Shown: positions 1 through 15,444 of the stretch, in pieces
How positions within the stretch are numbered: the stretch's first letter is position 1
Layout of the letters: each line of letters begins with the position of its first letter
NCBI GenBank assembly: GCA_964016885.1
Contig: OZ024755.1
Coordinates: forward strand, 6,820,001 to 6,884,000
From: Eledone cirrhosa
Taxonomy: Eukaryota
Direction of reading: 5' to 3'
DNA: 64,000 bases
Notes under the pieces: generated by a model
Seen by the model: the letters and a program-made list of their open reading frames with translations, nothing else
Told to the model about the DNA's origin: nothing
The model's database searches: none
Made by a program: the position numbers and the translations under genes

Positions 1-28
1 ATATATATATCAAAATACCCAAAATGCT

Positions 29-101
<73 letters not shown>

Positions 102-225
102 AAAATTAAATTCTATATGGGGTCAGTATAACCGACCTTTTCACTCCCTCCTTTCATATTGCTTGCCTTGTGCCTTAATTAAGAATCATTGTTTGAGTAT
201 TTACCTATTTATTATGTATTTACAG

Positions 226-353
226 AACAACAAGATACCGTATCAAAAATGATGTCAGAACACGATCATGATCGGTTCTCAGAATATTCCCACAGGTCAG
301 AGAAATCGAAGAGATCTATGGCAAGTGCCAGACCCGATCCTTACCATATGTGA
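226..353 (+). CDS. Probable terminal coding exon of an upstream plus-strand gene (identity unknown)
   Basis: Acceptor tatgtatttacag|, then an open phase-1 frame xQQDTVSKMMSEHDHDRFSEYSHRSEKSKRSMASARPDPYHM* ending at TGA 351-353, with AATAAA at 357-362. Non-repetitive, protein-like composition; no homologue recognised. Confidence 0.45.
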
Positions 354-535
354 AACAATAAAGGCCTGTAAATAATTCGTCCTTCTGCTGAAAATGGTTA
401 CTTTTGCTCGATTTATAAGAGAAGCACCATGGAACTAAGAACATTTTGGGCATTTTGATATATATATATATATACACTCATACTTACATTTATATATACC
501 CCTACATACATCTACATATATTCATATCTAAATAA

Positions 536-746
<211 letters not shown>

Positions 747-752
747 TGTATT

Positions 753-786
<34 letters not shown>

Positions 787-832
787 CATACATATATATA
801 TGTATATATCTATATATATCTATATATATCTA

Positions 833-871
<39 letters not shown>

Positions 872-1098
872 TGTTATACTTTGGCGGAGGGGGGGAGGGG
901 TCATGTATGTGTGTGTATGTGTGTGTATGTGTGTGAGTGCGTGTGTGGTAAACTGTGCTACAAACTGATTCATACTATCATGTCGGACATAAGTGTCTAT
1001 GTCCAGAGATAAGTGTATATATGTGTATATATATATATATATATACATACATACATATACATATATATACATATATATATATACATACATACATATAC

Positions 1099-1186
<88 letters not shown>

Positions 1187-1296
1187 GAACAAGTAAGACC
1201 CCGACGGCTGAGCTCAAGCCGTTTCGACGGCTAATTCTGGACTGAATGTACTTTGGTGCGTTATGGTCCACCTGGTTCCTTACCACATTTCCTTCG

Positions 1297-1331
<35 letters not shown>

Positions 1332-1334
1332 CAT

Positions 1335-1409
<75 letters not shown>

Positions 1410-1412
1410 TAT

Positions 1413-1532
<120 letters not shown>

Positions 1533-1797
1533 GCATATAGACACTTATGTGCGACATGATAGTATGAATCAGTTTGTCGCACAGTTTACCACACACGCAC
1601 TCACACACATACACACACATACACACACATACTCACACACACGCACGCATATATGTATACATACAGATTTTCAACTGGAACACATCATGTCATGTTATAA
1701 TTTTCCAGTCGTTAGAATTGTCGTGTACAAGTTATTTGCATGTTGGTACATATATAACACCCATGAATATGTAACAGTGTAATGTAATAACATAATG

Positions 1798-1886
<89 letters not shown>

Positions 1887-1892
1887 ACACAT

Positions 1893-1932
<40 letters not shown>

Positions 1933-2053
1933 GTAAAAGTTCTATTTAAATTGTTGGGATACGACAAGCAAATATTTTTATAACTGATATAAAGCACTCA
2001 ACAAATATTTGGAGTAAAAATACGATATTAACAAATGGAACTGATCTATATTA

Positions 2054-2118
2054 TATTTTATCTGATGAAAGTACACCATAATTTAACTTGGTGTCCTTGA
2101 AATATGTATAATGAAATA
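2054..2118 (+). ncRNA. Type I hammerhead ribozyme, family A
   Basis: Stem I tattttat/atgaaata; CTGATGA 2062-2068; stem II aag.acacca/tggtgt.ctt; GAAA 2099-2102; short stem III ATATGTAT; predicted cleavage AUA after 2110. Confidence 0.75.
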
Positions 2119-2560
2119 AATATTGTTTTATAAATATAGTTTCCATTTGTTAATATCGTATATATATATATATATATTTCGTTTTTGAATTTGTTTAGCA
2201 AGATTCTTTATTTGAAAACGTGTGTTGAAACCGGTATTGTTATGCCTTGGGAGGGTCATGCGTGTGTTTCTTATTGGCAACATGGACCCTCCCAAAGTAT
2301 AACAATATATATATATATATATATACGAATACATATATATATATATAGACATTCATACACACAAACTTATATATATATATATATATAGTGGTAGAACACA
2401 GGAAGGTAATATCCGTAGTGGTAGAGCACTCAGTCCATGGGACGAGTTAGGTAGAAGTGGTTACACAACAGTTAGTTCACCATACCGAGAACAATTGTTT
2501 CACCTTAGCGGATCCTCACTGAGCTGAGGTATGGTGAACTAACTGTTGTGTAACCTCTTC

Positions 2561-2638
<78 letters not shown>

Positions 2639-3080
2639 TGTGTATGTATGAATGTTTGTATGTGTGTGTACACGTGTGTGTCTGTTTCTGTGTGTGTGTT
2701 TATACAAATGTATAATTTGAATTAAATTTATCGTTGAATATCTTAATTCATGTTTTCGCTTTGTTAAAAATATAAAAATATTACTGTGCTCATATGTGTG
2801 TATGTGTGAGTATGAGTGTACGTGAGTGCCTTTATGGGTATGTGTGTGTGTATATTTGTATATATGTGTGTGTTTGTGTAATTTGTGGGACATTTAGTTT
2901 TTATTTTGAGCAGGTTGAGTGACCGTATACAAGGTTTTGGTGTGTCGCATCACCACATCCAGGGGCTGTGTATGTTGGACTGCCTAGATGCACGATATGA
3001 TGTGTGTTCTATCAGTGGTATATAAAATATACAATCCTGAGTTAAAGTTAACACAGACCTGTCATTTCAGGTTCGTGTAA

Positions 3081-3287
3081 CCCTTTAGCGTTTCAACTGG
3101 CCGTATACGGCCAGAATTCTCTCTATTTTTTCTGTTTAAACTAGCCATAGCCGGCCGCTCATACTGAAGTTAAAGTGTTGTCATCAAAATCTCGTAGATT
3201 CGATATTATGTGAGATAATTATGTAAGATAAAGCCTTTACCACAAAAAAAACGATTGTATATATAGAGTAATGTAAATGCTAAAGGG
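3081..3287. mobile_element. piggyBac-type MITE
   Basis: TIRs CCCTTTAGCGTTT / AAATGCTAAAGGG with degenerate TTAA flanks. A second copy lies in opposite orientation at 37354-37557. Confidence 0.6.
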
Positions 3288-3349
3288 TCAATTCAAATCA
3301 GGTTTGGCGTTAGCTCTTCTTAAATTCAAGGATGCTTCTTTATGATGTC

Positions 3350-4030
3350 GATTGATAAACTTACGTTGGCCGTTGATAAAATCCATGGCTGCTTATTTAC
3401 GCTGAGCATTGATAAATCCAGGCCTTCTCCTTTACTTTGGCCGTGATAAACCCACGTTATGATTTAGTTTACTCACATGAGGTTTTGATAAAACCACGTT
3501 AGGATTTGGTAAATTCACGTGTGGTTTTGATTATACCACTTCAGTATTTGGTAAACTCACGTGTGGTTTTGATTATACCACTTCAGTATTTGGTAAACTC
3601 ACGTGTGGTTTTGATTATACCACTTCAGTATTTGGTAAACTCACGTGAGGTTTTGATAAAACCACGTTAGGATTTGGTAAACTCACAGGAGGTTTTGATT
3701 ATATCACTTTAGTATTTGGTAAACTCACGTGAGGTTTTGATATAACTACGTTAGGATTTGGTAAACTCACGTAATGTTTTGATAATCCCATTAGAATTAG
3801 GTAAACTCACGTGAGGTTTTGATAATCCCATGGTTGCACTTCTACACTGGCAGCCGATAAACCCATAAATGTCATTTCACGTTATGCATTTGTTAAACCC
3901 ACGGATGCTCTTTAGCGTTAACCCATGGTAAATCCACGGTTAAACTTTCAATTTAGTCCTTGGTAAATCTACGAACGTCTTTCTTGTTGGCCCTTGATAA
4001 GCCCACGACTGCCCATTGGTGCCTTACGGT
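3350..4030. repeat. 21-bp-based tandem array with a 42-bp higher-order core (~3470-3830)
   Basis: ggtaaactcacgtgtggtttt + gattataccacttcagtattt, period 42 (3550, 3592, 3634); degenerate ttgataaa.ccacg units in the flanks. Confidence 0.85.
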
Positions 4031-5067
4031 TTATACAAGTTAGTTTATTTTTATATTTAATTAATTAAAAACTCTTATAAATTCGGAATTTTGCATATCG
4101 GATAAATGACTTGATCTGAGACTGTATGTTGAAACTAAAGCAAATACATCGTGGAAGAATCATTTTAGCTACAGTTGTATATGTCTGGCAAGTGACTTGA
4201 TCTGAGACTGTGTTGAAACTAAAGCAATTACATAGTAGAAGGGTCATTTTAACTATTCAAAAAACACACAAAAATGTTCAACTTCTCTTTAAATTTCACC
4301 TTTATTTCTTGGTATCAACACTTTCTTGACTCTCTTACCAGCCTGGTCACTAACACAGTTCCAACGCAACAAGACAGTTCTTGTAAGGATCATTGTTTTA
4401 AGAAATAAATATGTCTATATTATGTATTGAGTACTTTGCCTTAAATTGTTTTTCACCATGTTATTTATTAAACGGAAACATACAATAATTATCACCTAGT
4501 TTAGTATTTTCCAACGTTCTACTTAAAGCTCCTCTCTTATAAACATCAGTTTCAACGAAGCTTTCTCCATTTGTATAAAAAGTATATATTTTTGCAGTAT
4601 TTTCAAATAATATTCACCAGGTTAAAATTAACAAATAAGGAAATATGTTCAGTTCCAGGAAAGATATCTCCATGGGAATCAGTACAACATATTTTTATAT
4701 TTACTGAAATGAAACTGAAACTGAATTGTATTTCTTTATTTCAGCATAGTTATCAATTGTAAATATTCTGTGAAGATGCGGTGGCTTTGTGGTTAGGGAA
4801 TTCAGCTAGTGAGCGTAAGGTTGTGAATTCGATTTCTGTTTGTACGCACTTTATTTCCCGTTGTTCCAGTTAACTGAGCTGGCAAAAATGAGTTGTACCT
4901 GAAATTCGAATGGGCCAGCCTTGCCACATTCTGTGTCACGCCGAATCTCCCTGAGAACTACTTTAAGGGTATGCGTGTTTATTGAATGCTCAGTCACTTG
5001 CATGTCAATCATACCTACATTTGCATACATAACTTCCCCGCTCATATGCATTTCAATAGTCAATAAT

Positions 5068-5254
5068 TGTTTCTACTTATGGCACAAGGCCAGCAATTGC
5101 CCAGTACATTACTGGTACTTTATTTTATCGACCCAATAAGGATGAAAGGCAAAGTTAACCTCGGCGGGATTTGAACTCAGATCATAAAGGGTCGTAACTC
5201 TTTGCTGCAAAGCATGGCATCCGATCCTCTAACGATACTGCCAATCCACCGCCC
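5068..5254 (-). mobile_element. tRNA-derived SINE family 1, full-length copy with TSD
   Basis: Minus-strand head GGCGGTGGATTGGCAGTATCG (A box) and GAGTTCAAATCC (B box), body gtcgataaaataaagtaccagt. 17-bp direct repeat tttcaatagtcaataat at 5051-5067 and 5255-5271. Confidence 0.85.
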
Positions 5255-5891
5255 TTTCAATAGTCAATAATGCCCAAACATTATCAACATAATAAACTAC
5301 ATAAAGCAGTTAAAATTAGGCGCTGGTGACTCGGGGAATTATAACTATTTTTATATGCATATTTATCATATATCTATTGTCTCTCATTTTGAAAGTCACG
5401 TTGATACAGAATAGATCGACTGACTCAATAATAGAAGGTTTGGATCTAATGATGTCACAATGTGTTTACAGTAAATCATTTTAATTCTGGTTGAGTAGAT
5501 TTATTAAGCTTTTGAACAAACCAAACAAGTTTTACGTGGTGATACGACCTGTTTGAATTAGAGACGAAAGTTGACGAAAATCGGGTCAGTTGATTTAAGC
5601 CGGCTCAATTGACTTATATCGGTTCAGTATCGGCTTGAATTGGCTCATTTGATTAAAACCAACCCAACACATGCTCTGTTGATAAAGGCTAGCTCAGTTG
5701 ATACCAAATGGCTCAATTGAAACGAGTTGGCTCAGTTGGTTCTATGTCTGGAGGTCTCATTTTAGCAGCATCTCGTATCAGACGTCTATTTGTCATTATA
5801 AGATTAAACAGAGCAACTTGTATTAAGGCTATATGAGTACATTGCTTCAAAAACAAACTTTTAAATTTGCAAACTTGCACATGCAAAAGAT

Positions 5892-6018
<127 letters not shown>

Positions 6019-6038
6019 CATATATATATAATATGTAT

Positions 6039-6075
<37 letters not shown>

Positions 6076-6265
6076 GTGAAAGAGTGAAGAATAGCATGGG
6101 TAGGCTGTACAAAAGGGGTTTTATTTACAGTATTAACAATTGTTTCATTGATCAGGTGAGTCTAAAGCCCGCTGATTACTCGAAGTTACGTCACTCGACC
6201 TTAAATACAGTGTGTGGCTCTGATCAGAAGGGAATCTTTCCGAGCATCCCTCTCATATATCAAAT

Positions 6266-6375
<110 letters not shown>

Positions 6376-6631
6376 TATATAACATATATCATATATCATA
6401 TATATGTGTGTGTGTAGCTAAGAAGAAATTATCAGAAGTGAAATTAATCCGTATAAAATATATGAAGCTATAATTTCGGTATAATTAAATAATTAATATT
6501 GCTTCCTTTGATTAATTTATTTTGTCATCTGTTTTGTGTTTTCAATTTTCCTTTCAGAATTTCAATTTATTCCGTGTTGTGTGTATTTCAGTTCTCCTGG
6601 CTATTGTATTTGTGTGTTTGTCCGTGTGAGT

Positions 6632-6707
<76 letters not shown>

Positions 6708-7050
6708 ATATGTGTGTACATGAATAAATGTGTGTGTCTGTGCGTGTGTGTTTGTGTGTATGTGAATGTGTGTGTTTGTACGTGTGTGTATGTGTTTGTA
6801 TTTTGTGTGAACATGCATGTGTGTGTATGTGTTTATATGTGTGTACATGCACCAATGTGTGTGTGTGTGCGTGTGTGTTTGTGTGTGTGAATGTGTGTGT
6901 TTGTACGTGTGTGTATGTGTTTGTATGTCGTGTGCACATGCATGAGTGTGTGTGTGTTTGTACGTGTGCGTATGTGTTTGTATGTTGTGGGTAAATGCAT
7001 GAATATGTGTGTGTGAGTGTGTGTATGTGTTTGTATGTTGTGTGTACATG

Positions 7051-7117
<67 letters not shown>

Positions 7118-7753
7118 GTATCTGTGTGTTGCTATGAGTGTTTATTTAAATCTTTCAGAAGAAGAAGAAGAAGAAGAAAGAGAGAGAAAAATAAAGAAAA
7201 ATAAAATAAAAACAAAAACAAAGCAAAAATAAAAGCAAAAAATACCAAAAATTGCAACAACAACAAAAATAAGACTAAAATAAGACTAGCTGAGACATAT
7301 CTAGTTAGTTGTTCAGTAAAATTCAGAACAATGAGACGTTCTGTTGCAGCTTATTCATACGACTCGGTCAGAAAGGCGTATTATAGAGAGAAAGGCACGT
7401 CACAAACTTTGATTTATGGCCTATGTTTTACATTGCAGCATCTGGTAGTAAGAGAGAAAACTCTTTATTTTCGCTGCTGATGTTAGCGTTCAATTAGCTT
7501 TACTTTTTATATAGTTATTCTGTTGAGATATTCCACTGAGAAACAACTACTGTCATTTGATTTCCACATACACTTGCTTTTTTTCAGCACTAGCGTCGCC
7601 ATTTTGTTCATTTCTTTTACATAAAGAACGCTCTGTGTTTATGTGAATGTTTGTGTTTGTTTATGTGGTGGATGTGTGTATATGTATGTGTATATGTATG
7701 TATGATGTGTGTATGTATGTATGTATATATGTGTGTGCGTATGAATGTGTGTG

Positions 7754-7785
<32 letters not shown>

Positions 7786-8577
7786 TAGTTGTATGTATAT
7801 GTGCATGTGTATGTATGTCTGTATGTGTGTGTATGTATGTGTGTGTGCATGTGTATGTATGTGTGTATGTATGTGCGTATGTATATATCTATGTATGTGT
7901 GTGTATGTATGCATAGATGTATGTATGTATGTGAGTGTATGTATGTATGTATGTGTCTGTGTATGTGTGTATGTATATATGTATGTGTGTGTGTATGTAT
8001 GTATGTATGTATGTATCTATGTATGTATGAATGTATGTATGTATGTATGTATGTATGTATCTATGTATGTATATATGTATGTATGTGTGTACGTATGTGT
8101 GTATATATGTATGTATCCATGTAATCTTTCTTTATATTTTTCTATATTTTTTCCCGAAATTTGAATATTAACACTGGCCAAGATTTCATGTTGAATGTTA
8201 AAAAAGTCTTGTATATTTTTTACTGTTTGCTTTTCAGATTGTATTTGCAAAGCGCTCCTACAGCATGGTCATCTGGTTAAAACGTACACTTGGCAATCAC
8301 AAGATCCTACGTTCGATTTATCCTACTGCGTGGCATTTTAGGCAAGCTCATACAACCAGAACCTATATGTTGTTGTTGTTGTTGTTGTTTCAGCTCACAC
8401 CTATGCAGGTTTAGCTGGCCTCCTCCAAGGTATATCTCGTTGGAGGTGTCTTGGGTGATTTAATGATAGGGACCCCAGTCCCTATCATTTCATTTCTACA
8501 GCTGAGTAAACTGGAGCAATGTGAAATAAAGTGTCTTGCTCAAGGAAACAAGACATCACCCGGTCCGAGAATTGAAC

Positions 8578-10217
8578 TCACACACACATCTACTGAGTTA
8601 CATACACACACACATCTACTGGGTTACATATACACACATCTACTGAGATACATACACACATCTACTGAGTTACATACACACATCTACTGAGTTACATACA
8701 CACATCTACTGAGTTACTTACACACACATCTACTGGGCTACATACACGCACATCTACTGAGTTACATATACCCACATCTACTGAGTTACACACACATCTA
8801 CTGGGCTACATACACACACATCAACTGAGTTACATATACACACATCTACTGAGTTACATATATACACATCTACTGAGTTACATACACACACATCTACTAA
8901 GATACGTACACACACATCTACTGAGTTACATACACACACATCTACTAAGATACGTACACACACATCTACTGAGTTATATACACACATCTACTGAGTTACA
9001 TACACACATCTACTAGGCTACATACACACACATCTACTGGGCTATATACACACACATCTACTGAGTTACTTACACACATCTACTGAGATACATACACACA
9101 TCTACTGAGTTACATACACACACATCTACTGAGTTACATGCACACACATCTACTGGGCTACATACACACATCTATTGAGTTACATACACACACATCTACT
9201 GGGCTACATACACACACATCTACTGGGTTACATACACACACATCTACTGAGTTACATGCACACACATCTACTGGGCTACATACACACATCTATTGAGTTA
9301 CATACACACACATCTACTGGGCTACATACACACACATCTACTGGGTTACATACACACACATCTACTGAGTTACATACACACATCTACTGAGTTACATACA
9401 CACATCTACTGAGTTACATACACATATCTACTGGGTTACATACACATATCTACTGAAATACATACACACACGTCTACTGAGTTACATACACACACATCTA
9501 CTGAGATACATACACACATCTACTGAGTTACATACACACACATCTACTGAGTTACATGCACACACATCTACTGGGCTACATACACACATCTATTGAGTTA
9601 CATACACACACATCTACTAGGCTACATACACACACATCTACTGGGCTACATACACACACATCTACTGAGTTACTTACACACATCTACTGAGTTACATACA
9701 CACGTCTACTGAGTTACATACACATATCTACTGGGTTACATACACATATCTACTGAAATACATACACACACATCTACTGAGTTACATACAAATCTACTGA
9801 GTTACATACACATACATCTACTGAGTTACATACAAATCTACTGAGTTACATACACACACATCTACTGGGCTACATACACACATCTATTGAGTTACATATA
9901 CACACATCTACTGAGTTACATACACATATCTACTGGGTTACATACACATATCTACTGAGTTACATACACACACATCTACTAAGATACGTACACACACATC
10001 TACTGAGTTACATACACACACATCTACTAAGATACGTACACACACATCTACTGAGTTATATACACACATCTACTGAGTTACATACACACACATCTACTGA
10101 GTTACATACACACACATCTACTGAGTTACATACACACACATCTACTGAGTTACATACAAATCTACTGAGTTACATACACACATCTACTGAGTTACATACA
10201 AATCTACTGAGTTACAT
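8578..10217. repeat. Minisatellite, ~20-24-bp unit catctactgagttacatacaca
   Basis: Directly visible; begins inside a SINE family 2 copy. Confidence 0.95.
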
Positions 10218-10582
10218 GCCTTGAGAATTTCAATAGAGTCAAATATTTTCTAAATTAAGAATTTTAGCAGAAAGTCATGACCTGGGTTAAAGATTCTAGT
10301 CACTACTTGAGTTTTATAACACTATTCATTATTTAGCAGTAAAATAAGCTTCCGGGTCCACCGGATAGAGTTGCGCCCTTTTAGGGTTTACCGATAGAAT
10401 AAGCTTAAAAAGCATTTTTGTCTATTTTGCCGGAACCGGCTACGTAGCCTATACCAATTTTTCGCTGTCTTGGCGGAAATAATAACGAATGTATTACTCC
10501 TTAGGTTGGTGAAAGAGATACACTGAAAGAATCAGTGCAGTTGGCGGAATTCGTTCGTCAGCCTTCCATAGTATACACGAGA

Positions 10583-10668
<86 letters not shown>

Positions 10669-11029
10669 GGGAGGGAGGCTACTGTCAAATTTTGGGGAAA
10701 TGAGTTAAACCAAGAACATTTTAACAGCCCACCTCATATATCGTAATTAATCCTGAGTCAATATTTCTGATAGCTGTGGTTCTATATTTGGCGATGTTTC
10801 TCTAACAACAATTATAGAGATATCTCCTCCCCAACTTCTCACCCTCCTCCTCCTCCTCCTCCTCCTCCTACTACTACTACTACTACTACTACTCGTCCTT
10901 GCCCTCCCCTCTTTTTCACCCCTCCTCCTCTTCTTCCGCTTCTGTTTATTTTGAATCTTCTTCAAATATTGACCAATCTACCCTGCTATGTTGACACCCA
11001 GTTGTAATTCAGATCATTAAATTGCAAAT

Positions 11030-11150
11030 AATTGTTTCTACTTTTGGCACAAGGGCAGCAATTATCCCAGTTCATTACTGTTTCTTTATTTTATAAACCT
11101 CGTAAGGATGAAAGGCTAAATTAATCTCGTCGGGATTTGAACTCAGACCA
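11030..11150 (-). mobile_element. SINE family 1, partial
   Basis: Matches 5068-5254. Confidence 0.75.
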
Positions 11151-11911
11151 TGAATTGCATTTTTAATCTCACTTTCCCACCCTTCACGTCCACAAGTCTG
11201 TATGATCCCTGGAATATGTCACAGGCTCTACATTTTCTACTGTGACTAAGCCATACACCCACACATACATACACACATAGAAAAAGAACATTCCTGGTGT
11301 GTTAATACAAGTCTTATTGAACTGAGGAATTTATGAAAACACACACCTTAAGTATTGTCCCATCTTAATATTATACTAAAGACAGCCATGCAACAAACTT
11401 CTTTCACATTAGTATTAATATTGTTACTATTATGATTATGATTATCATTATTATCATTATTATACATTCATACATACATAAATCATACATGCATACATGC
11501 ATAGATACATACATGACCTGGAATAGCTTATTCAAGCTGCTACAGCGCATACCAGATTGACATGATTCAAATATTGAACAATTCACTCATACAAAGACGC
11601 AATGCTAACAAAGAGACAAATAAATCGCCTCTTACATATCTAACATTCACTATATAATGTGTTGATCCATACTAACCCAACAACAAAGCTCGTAGACAGT
11701 AGCCACGTACCCGCTCACGGTAAATATACTAATCCTAGTTATAATTCCACCCTTTTTATTCAATTATATTTATCCTAACCCTAGCTCTCTCTCCCCTACA
11801 CACATACAACTATCTATACCTCTATCCCCATATAAACGAACAATGAAAAATAAAACAAAATATTTACCATTTACCATTTTAACAAGTTCTGCCACCCGAT
11901 ACAACACGAAA

Positions 11912-12826
11912 ACAACGTTGGTATATATACAACAACATTGGTATATATACAACAACGTTGGTATATATACAACAACATTGGTATATATACAACAACGTTG
12001 GTATATATATACAACAACATTGGTATATATACAACAACGTTGGTATATATACAACAACATTGGTATATATACAACAACATTGGAATATATACAACAACGT
12101 TTGTATATATACAACAACGTTGGTATATATACAACAACATTGGTATATATACAACAACATTGGTATATATACAACAACGTTGGTATATATACAACAACGT
12201 TGGTATATATACAACCACATTGGTATATATACAACAACATTGGTATATATACAACATTGGTATATATACAACAACATTGGTATATATACAACAAGATTTT
12301 GTATATATACAACAACGTTGGTATATATACAACAACATTGGTATATATACAACAACATTGGTATATATACAACAACGTTGGTATATATACAACAACGTTG
12401 GTATATATACAACAACATTGGTATATATACAACAACATTGGTATATATACAACAACGTTGGTATATATACAACAACGTTGGTATATATACAACATTGGTA
12501 TATATACAACAACATTGGTATATATACAACAACGTTTGTATATATACAAGAATGTTGGTATATATACAACAACGTTGGTATATATACAACAACATTGGTA
12601 TATATACAACAACATTGGTATATATACAACAACGTTGGTATATATACAACAACATTGGTATATATACAACAACATTGGTATATATACAACAACGCTGGTA
12701 TATATACAAGAATGTTGGTATATAAATATATATATATACCAATTTGGTATATATATATGCCAACGTTGTTGTATATATACCAACGTTGTTGTATATATAC
12801 AACGTTGGTATATATACAACATTGGT
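11912..12826. repeat. 20-bp minisatellite acaacaacgttggtatatat
   Basis: Directly visible; source of the spurious 250-380 aa ORFs in all six frames. Confidence 0.95.
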
Positions 12827-12981
12827 ATGTGTGCCGTTTCGACAGCTAAAGCCGATCTAGCTGTCGAAACGACCGGAGCTCGGCCGTCAGGGTCCTGAAT
12901 CATCTCATATTACCCACTCTACTACCCCAAGTAACGAGTACACTGGTGGGTTATGGTCTAGCTGGTTTTTACCACACCCTA

Positions 12982-13032
<51 letters not shown>

Positions 13033-13056
13033 TTATTTATTAAAATAACAGATTAA

Positions 13057-13107
13057 AGTTTAAGCAAAGAATCGCTGCTTTCGCCCTTAACGTGATCTTC
13101 TGAAACT
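13057..13107 (-). ncRNA. Hammerhead family D, core mutated (CAGAAGA)
   Basis: Minus strand agttt-CAGAAGA-tcac-gttaa-gggc-GAAA-gca..tgc-TT-aaact. The sister element at 57183-57362 shows stem II accc-gttaa-gggt. Confidence 0.55.
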
Positions 13108-13208
13108 AATTAATAAATATTTGCTCTACGGTTCTCATATACTTGATATATATAATATTTATCCTTATCGAGCCCTCTTTGGATTTTAGTCTTCAAAGTT
13201 ATTATTAT

Positions 13209-13279
<71 letters not shown>

Positions 13280-13315
13280 ATTATATATATATATATTATA
13301 TATATATATATAATA

Positions 13316-13361
<46 letters not shown>

Positions 13362-13362
13362 A

Positions 13363-13519
<157 letters not shown>

Positions 13520-14379
13520 ATAGTTATCAACCAACTTACAAGGAGGTACGCACCCTATCATCCATAGAACCTGTGAGTTGGCGAGCACCCGACTACCCGG
13601 CCACCCGGCCACGCGGCCACCTGATACAACACGAAAACAATGTACCCCACCACTGATGGCAGCCGTCATGCCCTGCTCCATTCGTAATGAATCAGTGAGG
13701 TGATTAGACCGCTGCACTTGAATACACTACTTAATTACAAAACAGTAGCCGACCGTGGCGGTACCCGTAATAATTAGCACAGTAGGTGACAATTGTGGAA
13801 CAATTGTACAGAACCTTGTCACCAGTTACCACAGATTGAAACTTTTACGACGTCGTCATCATGTCCAAAGATACCCTCAATTATTTGGCTGTCTTTCTTT
13901 TTCTGTCTCTGTCACCTTCTCGCTTTCTCTGTCTCTTTCTCTATCGTTCTTTGTCTTTCTCTGTCTCTTTCACTATCGTTCTCTGACATTCTTTGTCTCT
14001 ATCTCTGTGTCTCTTTCTCTATCGTTCCCTGACAATCTTTGTCTATGTCCCTCTATTTCGTGTTTATTTTTAGGTCCTAAAATCTATCCACCATATGGAA
14101 GACTATCCGTACAGATTGACACTTAAAAATCAATCTCGTTATTCGGAACATATTATTCTAAACAACAGGGGTTCTTAGACTCCTTTTTAAAAAAGCATCT
14201 GTCATTCATACCACAGTGTTGTATCGGTACCTTTGTTTTTTTAGAAAATGGACACTCGTAGGAAAGACAATACTTCAACACACGACTTTAAAATCAAATC
14301 GTTATAAGAATCTCATAATAAACCCAGAGACCGAACTTCCCGTTTTCCCCTGCCTAAGTATAAAGTGTGCCGATAAGAT

Positions 14380-14563
14380 AATTGTTTCTATTTTTTGGCA
14401 CAAGGCCAACAAATACCCAGTGTATTACTGGTACTTTATTTTATCGATCCCGTAAGGATGAAAGGCAAAGTTAACCTCCGCGGAATTTGATCTCAGAATG
14501 GCAAGGGCTGTAACTCTATGCTTCAAAGCATGGCGTCCGACCCTCTACCGATACTGCCAATCC
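14380..14563 (-). mobile_element. SINE family 1
   Basis: Matches 5068-5254. Confidence 0.8.
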
Positions 14564-14715
14564 GATAATGAGGGTTACACTAACTGCATCTTCATTTTTG
14601 TTCTAATTCATCTTGCTTTCATTTCTTTATTACCTTTTTTTTTGAGGGGTGTATCTTTCTCTCCCCTGCGGCTCTCTCACTCCATATATGTGAGATATCT
14701 TTCTTTGTATGTAAG

Positions 14716-14760
<45 letters not shown>

Positions 14761-14820
14761 CAAAATATTAACAAATGAAAGATATTCACATAATCAAAAT
14801 ATATGCTTTATAAAATATAT

Positions 14821-14885
<65 letters not shown>

Positions 14886-14907
14886 ATAACTACAAGTTAC
14901 ACTGCCT

Positions 14908-14941
<34 letters not shown>

Positions 14942-15063
14942 AGGGAGTGTAACTTGGAGTTACTGTAGGTTCACCCGGGTGAGCACTCAATGTTTAGGTT
15001 CACTTCAGGTCCGAGGTGTAGAGCTAGACAGAGTCTATTATATTTTATTGTTATATTTTATTT

Positions 15064-15177
<114 letters not shown>

Positions 15178-15305
15178 AATATATATATGTATATATATAT
15201 GTATATATATAAAAATGTATGTATATATATTTATATATGTATATATATTTATATATGTATGTATATGTATTTATATATGTATGTATATATATATGTATGT
15301 ATATA

Positions 15306-15444
<139 letters not shown>

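Noticed and set aside
5150-5254. tRNA genes
   Set aside because: A/B boxes belong to SINE heads; no complete cloverleaf found.
11770-12903. 250-380 aa ORFs in all six frames
   Set aside because: A stop-free 20-bp minisatellite; no coding signal.
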